A DNA stretch of 64,000 nt from assembly GCA_965222605.1 (NCBI GenBank), contig OZ244960.1, positions 5,248,001-5,312,000 on the forward strand, written 5' to 3'. Both the position numbers and the translations under genes were made by a program. The notes below the pieces were generated by a model that worked only from the letters and a program-made list of their open reading frames with translations, was not told the origin of the DNA and did no database searches. Source of the DNA: Candidatus Latescibacterota bacterium. GTDB lineage: Bacteria; Latescibacterota; UBA2968. This document shows positions 1 to 9,632 of the stretch, piece after piece. Every line of letters begins with the position of its first letter. Positions within the stretch are counted from its first letter, which is position 1.

Positions 1-85
1 GCAAGTTGTGCATTCCTGCAGAACCTTCGGCTTTGCCATCGCCAAAGAAATAGACATATTTTTCTTCTTGTTGTGCTTTCGACAT
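1..85 (-). CDS. ppdK: pyruvate phosphate dikinase, N-terminus (runs off window)
   Basis: Reverse strand reads MSKAQQEEKYVYFFGDGKAEGSAGMHNL, the typical PPDK start; GGAGG RBS at 91-95. Confidence 0.85.
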   Translation of the reverse strand, partial: MSKAQQEEKYVYFFGDGKAEGSAGMHNL

Positions 86-232
86 TGCGTCCTCCAAAAG
101 GGTTCAAATCGGGGCACGACAGTGTGCCCGGGTCATTTTGTAGCAAAAAATATAATAGGGTAAAAGAACGAGCAAGGATTTTGTTAGAATTGAGAAGAGA
201 AAGGTGAGGATTGGAGGCTGGAGGTAGGTTGA

Positions 233-1375
233 CTACTCATTACTAATAGTGTCCGGCTGTGGGATTTGAACTGAATCGATCAATGATTTTATTTGATTGA
301 ACTGGACATTGCTTTCCCAGCCGAGGATGGTTTGCAAAATGCTGCGGCGCCCCACATAGATTCGCAAATCCGCGGTGGATCCAAAGCTCAGGTCAATGGG
401 TGTTTGTTTGACGGCGACTTCCAGGCCAAAGGTGCGAATATTGCCTTCAATGACGGCATACCCGTGGACTTCTGACACTTCGCCCTGACCGATAAAACCT
501 TCGCGGTCGGTAAAGAGGTTGCTCAATATTTCAACGGGTTGACCGGGGCGCACCTTCCACGCACTGGTTTCGGGCATCCAGGCACCGATGACTGTACCTT
601 CGCCTTCTCCTGCGATGATCATGACAATGGCCCCCTGATTGGCCTGCATGCCCGGATAGAGATCCTGGCGAGCCACCACACCATTGACTGGCGCGCGCAG
701 GGTGGCGCGTTCGAGGGCTTCGCGCGCGGCTTCGAGATTGTGTTTTGCCTTGTCCAAAGATGCCTGGGTTTGACGCATTGATGCCTGGGCTTGTTGTATT
801 TCAGCGGGCAGGGGACCGCGCCGTACCAGGTTGAGATTTTCGAACTCTACTTTTAAGCTGGCCTCAGCGAGATCGTAATTGGTTTGTGCGCGCTCGAAAT
901 CTTCCTGACTGAAGAGCCGCTGGCCTTCATAGAGGGCCTGGGCGCGTTTGAGGTCCTGTTGTCGGGCTGTGAGGTTAATGCGCGCTTGCTCAACACGCGA
1001 TTCGGCTATTTTGATTTCTTCGGGATTTGGCTGTGCGCGCAACAGGGCAAGTCGCGCCTGTGCAGCTTCGAGGTTGGCGATTTCCCGTTTGATTTCTTGT
1101 TCTGCGGTTGCCGCTGCCGCTCTCAAATCGCCATCGTAGAGCCGCGCAACGGGTTGACCGACTGTGACCGAGTCGCCGGGTTCTACGAGGATTTCGTGGA
1201 TGACCTGGCTCACGGGCGAATCGATATATACTTTGTCCCCAGGTTCGACAATGCCTTGAGCCATTACAATATCGTCAATTTGGATCAGTGCAAGGGCGAG
1301 TACAATGGCTCCAATCACACCGAAGACCCAGAGCAGCCATTTGACAATTCTACCTTTTCTGCGACGGCGCATCAT
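233..1375 (-). CDS. HlyD-family membrane fusion / periplasmic adaptor protein
   Basis: N-terminal TM helix, lipoyl half-motifs (VEPGDSVTVGQ, LRAPVNGVV) and long coiled coil; start placed at MMRRRR. Confidence 0.85.
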   Translation of the reverse strand: MMRRRRKGRIVKWLLWVFGVIGAIVLALALIQIDDIVMAQGIVEPGDKVYIDSPVSQVIHEILVEPGDSVTVGQPVARLYDGDLRAAAATAEQEIKREIANLEAAQARLALLRAQPNPEEIKIAESRVEQARINLTARQQDLKRAQALYEGQRLFSQEDFERAQTNYDLAEASLKVEFENLNLVRRGPLPAEIQQAQASMRQTQASLDKAKHNLEAAREALERATLRAPVNGVVARQDLYPGMQANQGAIVMIIAGEGEGTVIGAWMPETSAWKVRPGQPVEILSNLFTDREGFIGQGEVSEVHGYAVIEGNIRTFGLEVAVKQTPIDLSFGSTADLRIYVGRRSILQTILGWESNVQFNQIKSLIDSVQIPQPDTISNE

Positions 1376-1452
1376 GGGATTATTTTTTTCCTTTTGCTTG
1401 ACAGATTTTGGCAGAATGGTATATTTTACGATTCTCAACCAAAATTCTGGAT

Positions 1453-1525
1453 GGGCGCGTAGCTCAGGCGGTAGAGCAACGGCCTTTTAAGCCGTGGGTC
1501 GCAGGTTCAAATCCTGCCGCGCTCA
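1453..1525 (+). tRNA. tRNA-Lys (TTT), CCA not encoded
   Basis: GGGCGCG/CGCGCTC acceptor stem, anticodon arm ACGGC-CTTTTAA-GCCGT, GGTTCAAATCC T-arm. Confidence 0.95.
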
Positions 1526-1537
1526 CTATTACAAAAC

Positions 1538-1571
1538 GGCCCTGGATCACAATGATTTCAGGGCTTTTTTT
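1538..1571 (+). terminator. intrinsic terminator after tRNA-Lys
   Basis: GCCCTG...CAGGGC stem followed by a T run. Confidence 0.65.
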
Positions 1572-1680
1572 CTGTCCATTGCGAGTAAAAATAACGAACA
1601 AATTTATTACATTGTTTTGCAAAGGTCAAGAAAGTTATAAACAAAAGTTATGAATCGGGACCGCGATATTGCACGGCAAC

Positions 1681-1709
1681 TTGACATCACAGCGGGTATT
1701 GAATATATT
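1681..1709 (+). promoter_or_regulatory. sigma70-type promoter of cysH
   Basis: TTGACA-17 nt-TATATT. Confidence 0.6.
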
Positions 1710-1742
1710 GTGAATCAACGAACTCAAGAATAGGAGATATTT

Positions 1743-2483
1743 GTGATTACCCGCGAAAAATTGAACGCGCAGTCCCGGGCGTTTGAAACGGCATCTCTGG
1801 AAGATATTTTGATCTGGGCGTGGGAGACGTTGGGTTCCCGCGTGGCGTTTGGCACTGCTTTTGGCTCTACTGGCATGGTTTTGCTCGACGTGATGCAAAA
1901 GGTTGCGCCGCAAATTCCCGTTTTTACAATTGATACGGGTTTTCTGTTTCCCGAAACCCTGAGTTTGATCGACCGCGTGGAGGCGCGCTATGGGATTGAG
2001 ATTGAACGAGTGTATTCCCGTTTGAGTATTGAAGAGCAAGCGCGTGATTACGGTGACGAACTCTACAAGCGGGATGCCGACCGCTGTTGCTGGTTGCGAA
2101 AAGTCGAGCCTTTGCAGCGCAAGTTGTCCCAGTTGAATGGCTGGATTAACAGCCGCCGGCGAGATCAGAGCGATACCCGCAGCCAAATTTCCATTCTGGA
2201 ATATTATGAGACAGATGGTCGCGCGTTGCTCAAATTGAATCCGATGGCACCGTGGACGCGCAAACAGGTCTGGGATTATATTATCGAACACGATGTGCCC
2301 TATAATCCCTTGATGGATGAGGGTTATGCCACGATAGGGTGCTGGCCCTGCACCAAAGCCGTGGATGGAGATGCAGACGAACGCGCGGGTCGCTGGGCGG
2401 GTTCGGACAAGACAGAATGCGGTATTCACACCTTTTTACAGCCCATTGATGCGGCGGTCAATGCCGTGCCTGTTGAATCTTGA
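1743..2483 (+). CDS. cysH: APS/PAPS reductase with Fe-S cysteines
   Basis: IDTG, CCWLRKVEP, IGCWPCT and C-terminal ECGIH motifs. Confidence 0.95.
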   Translation: MITREKLNAQSRAFETASLEDILIWAWETLGSRVAFGTAFGSTGMVLLDVMQKVAPQIPVFTIDTGFLFPETLSLIDRVEARYGIEIERVYSRLSIEEQARDYGDELYKRDADRCCWLRKVEPLQRKLSQLNGWINSRRRDQSDTRSQISILEYYETDGRALLKLNPMAPWTRKQVWDYIIEHDVPYNPLMDEGYATIGCWPCTKAVDGDADERAGRWAGSDKTECGIHTFLQPIDAAVNAVPVES

Positions 2484-2508
2484 CTTAAAAGGTCAAGAAT
2501 AGTATTAT
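2478..2508 (+). promoter_or_regulatory. promoter with overlapping Rrf2 (IscR/CymR-type) operator
   Basis: TCTTGAC-N7-GTCAAGA palindrome covering TTGACT; TATTAT 17 nt downstream. Confidence 0.7.
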
Positions 2509-2583
2509 AGCTTCTAATCGCGGCCCTCTCGTGGGGCCGTTTTTAGTATTTAGACTTCTTTTAACAACGGCTAAAGGCCATTT

Positions 2584-3528
2584 ATGCGTAGCAAAAAGTT
2601 AGCAAAGCGTTCTCGTATCCGGCACTCAATTCTCGATGCGATAGGTAATACGCCGCTGTTGCATATACGGGAATTGGGTGACAAGATCAAGCCCGGGGTT
2701 GAAATCTGGGCGAAGTTGGAGATGTTTAACCCGGGTGGATCGGTCAAAGATCGCCCCGCTTTGCAGATGATTGAAGATGCCGAAAAAGCGGGTGTGCTCA
2801 CGCCGGAAAAAGTGATTTTGGATTCGACTTCGGGCAATACGGGTATTGCGTATGCCATGATCGGCGCGGCAAAGGGATACCACGTCGAGTTGGTCATGCC
2901 CGAGAGCGTGAGCATTGAGCGGCGATACGTCATTCAGTTTTATAGTGCTGATCTGGTGTTGAGCGATCCTCTTGAAGGCTCAGATGGTGCGATTTTGAAG
3001 TGTCGAGAGATTTTGGCTTCAAATCCCGATTTGTATTACAAACCCGATCAGTACAATAATCCATCTAATTCCAGGGCGCATTATTTGCATACGGCGCCGG
3101 AAATCTGGTCGCAGACACAGGGCAGGGTGACGCATTTTGTGGCGACATTGGGCACGAGTGGTACTGTAATGGGTACTGGCAGAGGTCTGAAGGCATTTAA
3201 TCCCGATGTGCAGATTATTGCCGTTGAGCCACCCGAATTTCACGGGATTGAGGGTCTGAAAAATATGGATGTGTCCATTGTGCCCGGCATTTACGATCCA
3301 TCGGTGTGGGACCAAAAGATTCGGATTGAAACAGAAGATGCTTATGACACTGCGCGATGGTTGACGCGAGATATGGGTTTGCTGGTAGGGCAGTCTTGTG
3401 GTGCGGCGATGGCCGCTGCCCTGAAAGTTGCCGAGACTCTGGACGAAGGGGTCATCGTCACGATGTTTCCCGATAGTGGTGAAAAGTACATGAGTACGCC
3501 CCTGTGGCGGCTCGATCCCGTGAGGTAG
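2584..3528 (+). CDS. cysM: cysteine synthase (CysM-like, PLP-dependent)
   Basis: NPGGSVKDR, TSGNTG, GTSGT motifs; adjacent to mec/cysO. Confidence 0.85.
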   Translation: MRSKKLAKRSRIRHSILDAIGNTPLLHIRELGDKIKPGVEIWAKLEMFNPGGSVKDRPALQMIEDAEKAGVLTPEKVILDSTSGNTGIAYAMIGAAKGYHVELVMPESVSIERRYVIQFYSADLVLSDPLEGSDGAILKCREILASNPDLYYKPDQYNNPSNSRAHYLHTAPEIWSQTQGRVTHFVATLGTSGTVMGTGRGLKAFNPDVQIIAVEPPEFHGIEGLKNMDVSIVPGIYDPSVWDQKIRIETEDAYDTARWLTRDMGLLVGQSCGAAMAAALKVAETLDEGVIVTMFPDSGEKYMSTPLWRLDPVR

Positions 3529-3530
3529 CG

Positions 3531-3986
3531 ATGTTTGACAAAGCGATTTGGGACGCCATGTTTGTCCACGCACAGCGGGAATACCCGGCTGAGTGTTGCG
3601 GTATTGTGACCGAAGATGCTTCGGGTGTGCAGACGGTTCATCTATGTGATAATATTCAGGACAAATTGCACGCTGCTGATCCCGAAACCCATTCGCGCAC
3701 TTCCAGGACGGCATATCGCATGGACGATATGCAGGTGATGAAAATTCAATCGGAGGCGGAACAGGCGGGCGGGCGGATTGTCGCGATCTACCATTCGCAT
3801 ATTGATGTAGATGCTTATTTTTCTCAAGAGGATCAAGATGCGGCGACATTTTTTGGTGGACCGACCTTTCCCGGCGTGGTTTATCCCATCATTCCAGTAA
3901 AAAATGCCCGGGTGGATATCGGCGGGGAAAAAGTTTTTCAATGGCGTGATTCATCGTCAAAATTTGAGGAAGTGGAAATCGGGTAA
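3531..3986 (+). CDS. mec: JAMM/M67 metallopeptidase (Mec-like CysO-cysteine peptidase)
   Basis: EYPAECCG and YHSH...AYFSQED JAMM motif. Confidence 0.85.
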   Translation: MFDKAIWDAMFVHAQREYPAECCGIVTEDASGVQTVHLCDNIQDKLHAADPETHSRTSRTAYRMDDMQVMKIQSEAEQAGGRIVAIYHSHIDVDAYFSQEDQDAATFFGGPTFPGVVYPIIPVKNARVDIGGEKVFQWRDSSSKFEEVEIG

Positions 3987-4006
3987 AATAAAAAAGGAGG
4001 TAACAA

Positions 4007-4291
4007 ATGGCTGTAACAGTTCGCATTCCAACGCCCTTGCGCAAGTTTACAGGTGATCGGTCCGATGTAGAGGTGCAGGGCGCGACGGTTGGGGAAGCTA
4101 TCGACAATCTCGAAGCGCAGCATGCGGGTATTAAGGAGCACATGGTCGATGAGTCGGGCGCTGTTCGACGCTTTGTCAATGTGTATGTCAACGAAGAGGA
4201 TATTCGCTTTTTGGATGGCCCCGATACTGGCCTCAAAGACGGCGATCAGGTGACCATCGTGCCTGCGATTGCAGGCGGGTGTTCCTTTTAA
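4007..4291 (+). CDS. cysO: MoaD/ThiS-family sulfur carrier protein (CysO-like)
   Basis: VRIPTPLR...FVNVYVNEEDIRFL...IVPAIAGG followed by CSF. Confidence 0.85.
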   Translation: MAVTVRIPTPLRKFTGDRSDVEVQGATVGEAIDNLEAQHAGIKEHMVDESGAVRRFVNVYVNEEDIRFLDGPDTGLKDGDQVTIVPAIAGGCSF

Positions 4292-4307
4292 TCGGCATAT
4301 TTGACTT

Positions 4308-4739
4308 ATGATGCACGTTTCCGCCAAAGGTGACTACGGTTTGCGCGCGGTCTTAGACCTGTGTTTACACGATGGGGAAGGGCCAATTTTGCGTACAGAT
4401 ATCGCTGCTCGGCAACACATCCCCGAAGCTTATCTGGTGCAGTTGCTCAATCTTTTGCGAAAAGCCGGTTTGATACACAGTATTCGCGGTCCCAAAGGCG
4501 GACATGTGTTATTGAAACGTCCGGATGAACTGACCGTGGAAGAGGTGTTGGCTGCTATGGAAGGGCCTGTCAATTTGGTGGATAAGCGCGAGAAGGCTGG
4601 GGATGCGGGAACAGATGTGCTCAAAGATGTGTGGGAAGCTGTGGGAGCCGCGGTACATGATGTCCTGTCATCGGTGACATTTGCCGATTTGTGTCGAAAA
4701 TATCGGGCGCGTCAGATGCCTGTCACATTCCGGATTTAA
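4308..4739 (+). CDS. Rrf2-family transcriptional regulator (CymR-like, no Fe-S cysteine triad)
   Basis: YGLRAVLDL, YLVQLL, SIRGPKGG motifs. Confidence 0.9.
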   Translation: MMHVSAKGDYGLRAVLDLCLHDGEGPILRTDIAARQHIPEAYLVQLLNLLRKAGLIHSIRGPKGGHVLLKRPDELTVEEVLAAMEGPVNLVDKREKAGDAGTDVLKDVWEAVGAAVHDVLSSVTFADLCRKYRARQMPVTFRI

Positions 4740-4741
4740 TT

Positions 4742-5662
4742 ATGAATGGCGCGAAAACCGGACATACGGTGCTGGATCTGGTGGGCAACACGCCCATGGT
4801 ACGACTGAACTCGGTGGGGCCTGCAAATGGTGCTCAAATTTGGGCGAAATTGGAATTTTTTAACCCGGCGGGCAGTGTAAAAGATCGCACGGCACTCGCT
4901 ATGGTTGAGGCCGCGGAAAAAAATGGACAACTCAAACCCGGTATGACCATTGTGGAATCGACCAGTGGCAATACGGGAATTGGCCTCGCCATGGTGGCTG
5001 CAATAAAAAATTATCGGCTGATTATTACCATGCCTGAAGGCGTTAGCGACGAACGCACGCGATTGCTCCAAGCTTATGGTGCCGAGGTTGTGCTAACGCC
5101 CGCCCGCGATGGGATGCGCGGTGCGATTGAAAAAGCCTGGACGCTTAAGGACAAAAACTGTTTTATACCGATGCAGTTTGAAAACCCCGCCAATCCCGAG
5201 ATCCATCGGCAGACCACAGCCCGCGAGATGATTTCACAACTCAAGGGCGTTCCCGATGCTTTTGTCGCAGGTGTGGGAACGGGAGGCACCGTGACTGGCG
5301 TAGGCGAAGTCTTTAAGCATCTGCGATCAGATGTGGTGATTGTCGGCGTAGAGCCAAGGGATTCTGCGGTGTTATCGGGGGGAGAACCCGGTCCTACTGA
5401 GATCGATGGTCTGGGTGCAGGCATGATTCCAGATGTGCTGAATACGGAAATACTGGATCGCGTGATTGCCGTTTCTAATTCGGATGCGCGCAAGATGTCA
5501 AAGCGGTTGGCCCGCGAAGAAGGCCTGCTGGTGGGGATTTCGTCGGGCGCAGCAGCGCACGCAGCCGTTGTTGTCGCTTCAGCGATGGCACCTCAACAGA
5601 CGGTCGCAACTGTGTTATGCGATACCGGTGAACGCTATTTGGGCACGTTTTTGTTTGGGTAA
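4742..5662 (+). CDS. cysK: cysteine synthase A
   Basis: NPAGSVKDR, QFENPANP, GVGTGGT, DTGERYL. Confidence 0.9.
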   Translation: MNGAKTGHTVLDLVGNTPMVRLNSVGPANGAQIWAKLEFFNPAGSVKDRTALAMVEAAEKNGQLKPGMTIVESTSGNTGIGLAMVAAIKNYRLIITMPEGVSDERTRLLQAYGAEVVLTPARDGMRGAIEKAWTLKDKNCFIPMQFENPANPEIHRQTTAREMISQLKGVPDAFVAGVGTGGTVTGVGEVFKHLRSDVVIVGVEPRDSAVLSGGEPGPTEIDGLGAGMIPDVLNTEILDRVIAVSNSDARKMSKRLAREEGLLVGISSGAAAHAAVVVASAMAPQQTVATVLCDTGERYLGTFLFG

Positions 5663-5676
5663 TGCTGGTAATACAT

Positions 5677-5719
5677 AAAAAAACCCGGCATCTTTTTGGA
5701 ATTGCCGGGGTTTTTGTTT
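5677..5719. terminator. bidirectional terminator between cysK and rpsT
   Basis: AAAAAACCCGGCA...TGCCGGGGTTTTT. Confidence 0.75.
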
Positions 5720-5730
5720 CGATAAATATT

Positions 5731-5997
5731 TTACGACTCAAGAGCAGCGACGTGGTGCCTCATTTTCGATTTGTATCGAGCGGCTGCATTGCGGTGGATA
5801 ACGCCTTTTTTGGCTGTTTTATCAATTATGGACTGCGTGCGATTGATCAGTGCTTCTGCTTCTTCTGCGCTATTTGTAGCCAATATTTTTTTGATGGAAG
5901 TACGCAAATACGAGCGCGTACTTTTGTTGCGGAGCTTGACTTTTTCAGCCTGGCGCATGCGTTTTTTTGAAGATGCCAGTTTGGGCAAGGGCTTCAC
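5731..5997 (-). CDS. rpsT: 30S ribosomal protein S20
   Basis: SSKKRMRQ...RNKS...IDKTAKKGVIHRNAAARYKS. Confidence 0.95.
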   Translation of the reverse strand: MKPLPKLASSKKRMRQAEKVKLRNKSTRSYLRTSIKKILATNSAEEAEALINRTQSIIDKTAKKGVIHRNAAARYKSKMRHHVAALES

Positions 5998-6142
5998 CTC
6001 CTTAGAGATTTTTCGAAATTTAGAAAATAAAATTTAACCATTTACAGATATTTACACAACCCATTTCTCATTTTCTTGTTTTTTTTCTTCTGCCTTATTT
6101 TACCGCCCAATGCATTTAATCAAATCCACAGGAGGAACCACA

Positions 6143-7093
6143 ATGGCACCAACTATTTATGTCGGCACAATAGGCCAGGGCGTCTGGCGAAGCGAAGACG
6201 GTGGCGACTCATGGCGGCGCACGAGTAGCGGCATGGCCTCTGAATCGGATATCCGCGCTATCGCCGTGCATCCGGACAATGCGTCAATTCTCTTTGCGGG
6301 AACAGAGACCGGTATTTATCGCTCGCAAAACGGGGGGAACAGCTGGGAAAAATTGGATTCTCCAATGAACGGTATGCAAATCTGGTCTATTGCAATTCAT
6401 CCCAAAAGTCCAAATACGGTTTATGCAGGCACATGTCCTTCTGCGCTGTTTCGGTCGGACGATGGCGGTGAGACCTGGAAGCAACTTTCTGTAGAACTCG
6501 TCGAGGATTGCGGTGCTATTATTCCGCGCGTTACGACTATTATCATAGATCCGACAGATGATCAGACCGTCTATGCGGGTATTGAAATCGACGGCATGCG
6601 GATTAGTAGAGATGGCGGTGAGACATGGACATCTGGCAATGAGGGCCTTTCGAGCCTGGACATTCACGGCCTCGCGCTTGTGCCCGGAAATCCGAAAACA
6701 CTTGTGGCAGGCACCAATAATGATGTGTGTATCACAACTGATATGATGAACTGGACACGGCTCAATGTGAAAGCAGAGTTTCCCTGGCCCTATTGCAGGG
6801 GGGTGCTCTATATGTCAAATGGTCGGGTGTATGTCGGCGCAGGAAATGGCCCGCCGGGCGATGAAGGAGGGCTGTTCTATACTTATGATCTGGGGCATTC
6901 GTGGGAGCGCGCCGACCTGGACGGTAATACCAACAGCACGGTTTGGGCAATTGCCCACAATCCCGCTGTGCCGAATTTGATAATAGCGTATAGCATTGCC
7001 GGACAGGTCTTTAGCAGCATCGACAATGGGGATTCCTGGACCAAGCTCTCCCGAGAGTTCGGCGAAGTACGCGCGGTGGCTATTGCGCAGTGA
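6143..7093 (+). CDS. BNR/Asp-box repeat beta-propeller protein
   Basis: Repeated SxDGGxTW Asp-boxes; GGAGG RBS. Confidence 0.85.
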   Translation: MAPTIYVGTIGQGVWRSEDGGDSWRRTSSGMASESDIRAIAVHPDNASILFAGTETGIYRSQNGGNSWEKLDSPMNGMQIWSIAIHPKSPNTVYAGTCPSALFRSDDGGETWKQLSVELVEDCGAIIPRVTTIIIDPTDDQTVYAGIEIDGMRISRDGGETWTSGNEGLSSLDIHGLALVPGNPKTLVAGTNNDVCITTDMMNWTRLNVKAEFPWPYCRGVLYMSNGRVYVGAGNGPPGDEGGLFYTYDLGHSWERADLDGNTNSTVWAIAHNPAVPNLIIAYSIAGQVFSSIDNGDSWTKLSREFGEVRAVAIAQ

Positions 7094-7125
7094 TATAATT
7101 GGTGGATAGCGAGAGGGGATAGTGC

Positions 7126-8778
7126 TTAAACGAGTTTCTCTTCGGCTGCCGACCAGGTTCCGCATCTGATCTCCAGCATGTGATCCACCGGCGTCGTAAA
7201 TGTCATCAATACGCGGAAGGCAGTGGGGGCGGACTCGCTGCCCCGCAATGCCCAAAAGCGATGGGCATACGCGCCCGGTCCGACGGAGATGGCATCGTTG
7301 CCTATGTGGTAGGTCGCATATCCGGATTTGAGAAATGCGACCTCTGCGGCCTGGCCACGCACGATGCCACTGTCAAAATCCAGTTCGCCACCGGGTACAA
7401 AATCGCACGCAATTTGAAATGGTACGCGGTCATAACCATCTGATTTTACGTGCAGATCAAATCCGCTATCCACTTCTTCAATTTCCAATATTGTCGTTAG
7501 TGGTGGGAGTGCGTACACCTCTCTTTCTTTTCGCAAATTGTAAAATTCCTTAAAAGCGACCTCGCGCCCCAATGGCAGGTCATAACCCGGTCTGCTTCCA
7601 TCAGAACTTCGGCTCACATGCGTCATTCTGATTTTGCCATCCACTTCCCCAAAGGTCTCACCTGAAAATTGCGCGATAGCAAAATAGCTCGCGCACAGGT
7701 TCACCGAGGCCAATTCCACGTTTCCATGCTTTACGCCAAACGGCGATGTTATACCTGCACCTGCTGTGGCACTCGTTTTCCCACGCCGTACACGCCACAG
7801 TTGCGCCGTGGGATAAACCTTCGCGTACGACTCGGGTAAAGGCTCGCGTTTCAGATTATCTATCCGCCATTCGGGATGGGTTAAAAACGGTTCCAGTGCC
7901 CACGGCAAACCGCCCGGAGATACAGAGTACAACCAGTCTGCGACTGCTGCATAAAATCCATTGCCATCTCGCCGCGCCATGTCGTAATAGCTATTGACCA
8001 TATTGACCAAGACCACGCGCGTGCCCTGGTCTTGCCTGCGGGAAAAACTCGTTATAACGGTTCCGTCTGCATGTAGCATGTGATAGGACAAATCCAGATT
8101 CCGACGCACAGGTTCCAGAAGTTGGGGGCGATTGAGCGCGTCGGCGGCGAGTCTCAGCGCGCGATTGCATATGGCGTTATACGCGCCTGCGCTGCGCTCG
8201 ATGTATTCGCCATCGGCATTGTTGTCTATTGTCTCGGCGAGATAGCTTTCAATGGTGTCCATCCCGTCCAGGTCTGGGAATAATTCCAGCGCTTGAGACA
8301 GCGCGGCGACCAATACCCAGCGGTGATTCGGCGTGTGGAATCCGCCCGCGATCATGCCCGGCACAGCCGTTTGAATAATTTCACCGAGTACTTCGGCAAT
8401 CTGCTTTGCGCCGTCATCTCTGGCTTTGCGAGCCGCGCGGACCACTGGCGCGAGTCCCTCGACCAGAAATCCCGTATCTGGCGACGAATCAAAATTAGTT
8501 GTAATAAGATCAAAACACCCACTTTCCCTGCGAATCTTCCGAGCAAAAGTCGCGCCTGCGAGAATCCGCGCCAATATTTCTTCGCTCTGGTAATATCGAC
8601 CGCCTTCCAGAAGATAGGCATAGCCCAGGGTAGATACCGCGCTCACATTTGTCGCACCCGCAACACCATCGCTTACAAACCCACCGTAATCTTCACGACG
8701 GATATCCATCACCTGACGGGGCAAAATGGTTTCTATTTGTTCATTCAGCTTTTCCAACAGTACTTCGTATTTTAGCAT
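7126..8778 (-). CDS. uncharacterised protein, possibly alpha/alpha-barrel carbohydrate-active enzyme
   Basis: 550-aa ORF with GGFHTPNHRW and DGEYIERS motifs; function not assignable. Confidence 0.6.
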   Translation of the reverse strand: MLKYEVLLEKLNEQIETILPRQVMDIRREDYGGFVSDGVAGATNVSAVSTLGYAYLLEGGRYYQSEEILARILAGATFARKIRRESGCFDLITTNFDSSPDTGFLVEGLAPVVRAARKARDDGAKQIAEVLGEIIQTAVPGMIAGGFHTPNHRWVLVAALSQALELFPDLDGMDTIESYLAETIDNNADGEYIERSAGAYNAICNRALRLAADALNRPQLLEPVRRNLDLSYHMLHADGTVITSFSRRQDQGTRVVLVNMVNSYYDMARRDGNGFYAAVADWLYSVSPGGLPWALEPFLTHPEWRIDNLKREPLPESYAKVYPTAQLWRVRRGKTSATAGAGITSPFGVKHGNVELASVNLCASYFAIAQFSGETFGEVDGKIRMTHVSRSSDGSRPGYDLPLGREVAFKEFYNLRKEREVYALPPLTTILEIEEVDSGFDLHVKSDGYDRVPFQIACDFVPGGELDFDSGIVRGQAAEVAFLKSGYATYHIGNDAISVGPGAYAHRFWALRGSESAPTAFRVLMTFTTPVDHMLEIRCGTWSAAEEKLV

Positions 8779-8906
8779 GAATAGCCCCCATGAGTAAACG
8801 ACCTCCAGCAAACCGGAGACCTGCTCTAATATATCTCCAATTTGCCTTTAATTCAAGAGAACTCGTTTCCCACAGGGGCTTACATCACATTTTTTTCAGG
8901 CTTGGC

Positions 8907-9551
8907 TCAATGCAAACTGAAACGGATCGGAATGGTCATGCGTACCGCAACTGCTCTGTCATTTTGCATGGCTGGCTCGAACCGAAATTGCCTGACTGCC
9001 TCCAGGGCCGCAGCGCGAAAAATCTCGGGACCTTTTAAGACTTTCGGTTCGGCTACGCGCCCTTCTTTGGTCACTATAAACGACACAAGCACCTGGCCTT
9101 GCAAACCCGCTCTGCGGGCCATCTCTGGATAAACTGGATTCACGGACTGGATCAACTCGGGTTTTTGTTCTACTACCCAAAATTCCAAAATCTCTTCCTC
9201 TACTTCCACATCGTCCTTTCCCATATGTCGTGGGATATCGACAACAGGTGCATCAAAATCCAGCTCTGTATCGGCAATGGTCACATCATCGGGCACGTCT
9301 TCGTCTTCTGTTTCAATGGGCAAGGAGGGCCTTTGCAGAGGTGGCAATCGCTTCTTTTGATGTGTCTCGGGAATATCCTCAACCTTGAGAACCTCAGTAG
9401 ATTTTTTGGTTGATTTAGAATCGATCTTCATATCTGGAAACAAAATGGCCAATCCGACCATCAGAAACAGCGTCAAAGAAGTAGAACGTCTCATCACCTT
9501 TGGATAAATTGCTTTCAAATCGGCATCTGCATGTTTTTTGTGAACCATCAC
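8907..9551 (-). CDS. tonB: TonB-family energy transducer
   Basis: TM helix, Pro/acidic linker, TonB_C (PVYPEMARRAGLQGQV...FEPAMQN...IPIRF). Confidence 0.9.
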   Translation of the reverse strand: MMVHKKHADADLKAIYPKVMRRSTSLTLFLMVGLAILFPDMKIDSKSTKKSTEVLKVEDIPETHQKKRLPPLQRPSLPIETEDEDVPDDVTIADTELDFDAPVVDIPRHMGKDDVEVEEEILEFWVVEQKPELIQSVNPVYPEMARRAGLQGQVLVSFIVTKEGRVAEPKVLKGPEIFRAAALEAVRQFRFEPAMQNDRAVAVRMTIPIRFSLH

Positions 9552-9563
9552 TTCCTCCTTTTT

Positions 9564-9585
9564 AACTATTAAAATTTTAATAGTT
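9564..9585. promoter_or_regulatory. perfect 22-bp palindrome, candidate BlaI operator of tonB
   Basis: AACTATTAAAATTTTAATAGTT directly upstream of the tonB RBS; degenerate copies upstream of blaI. Confidence 0.7.
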
Positions 9586-9632
9586 TATCTCAAAAAAATA
9601 TCTATTGGTTTGTTACCCGGGCGTGTATAACA

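Noticed and set aside
1635-3849. Long antisense ORFs over cysH, cysM and mec (and similar ones over recA, alaS, metK)
   Set aside because: No motifs; explained by codon bias of the sense genes
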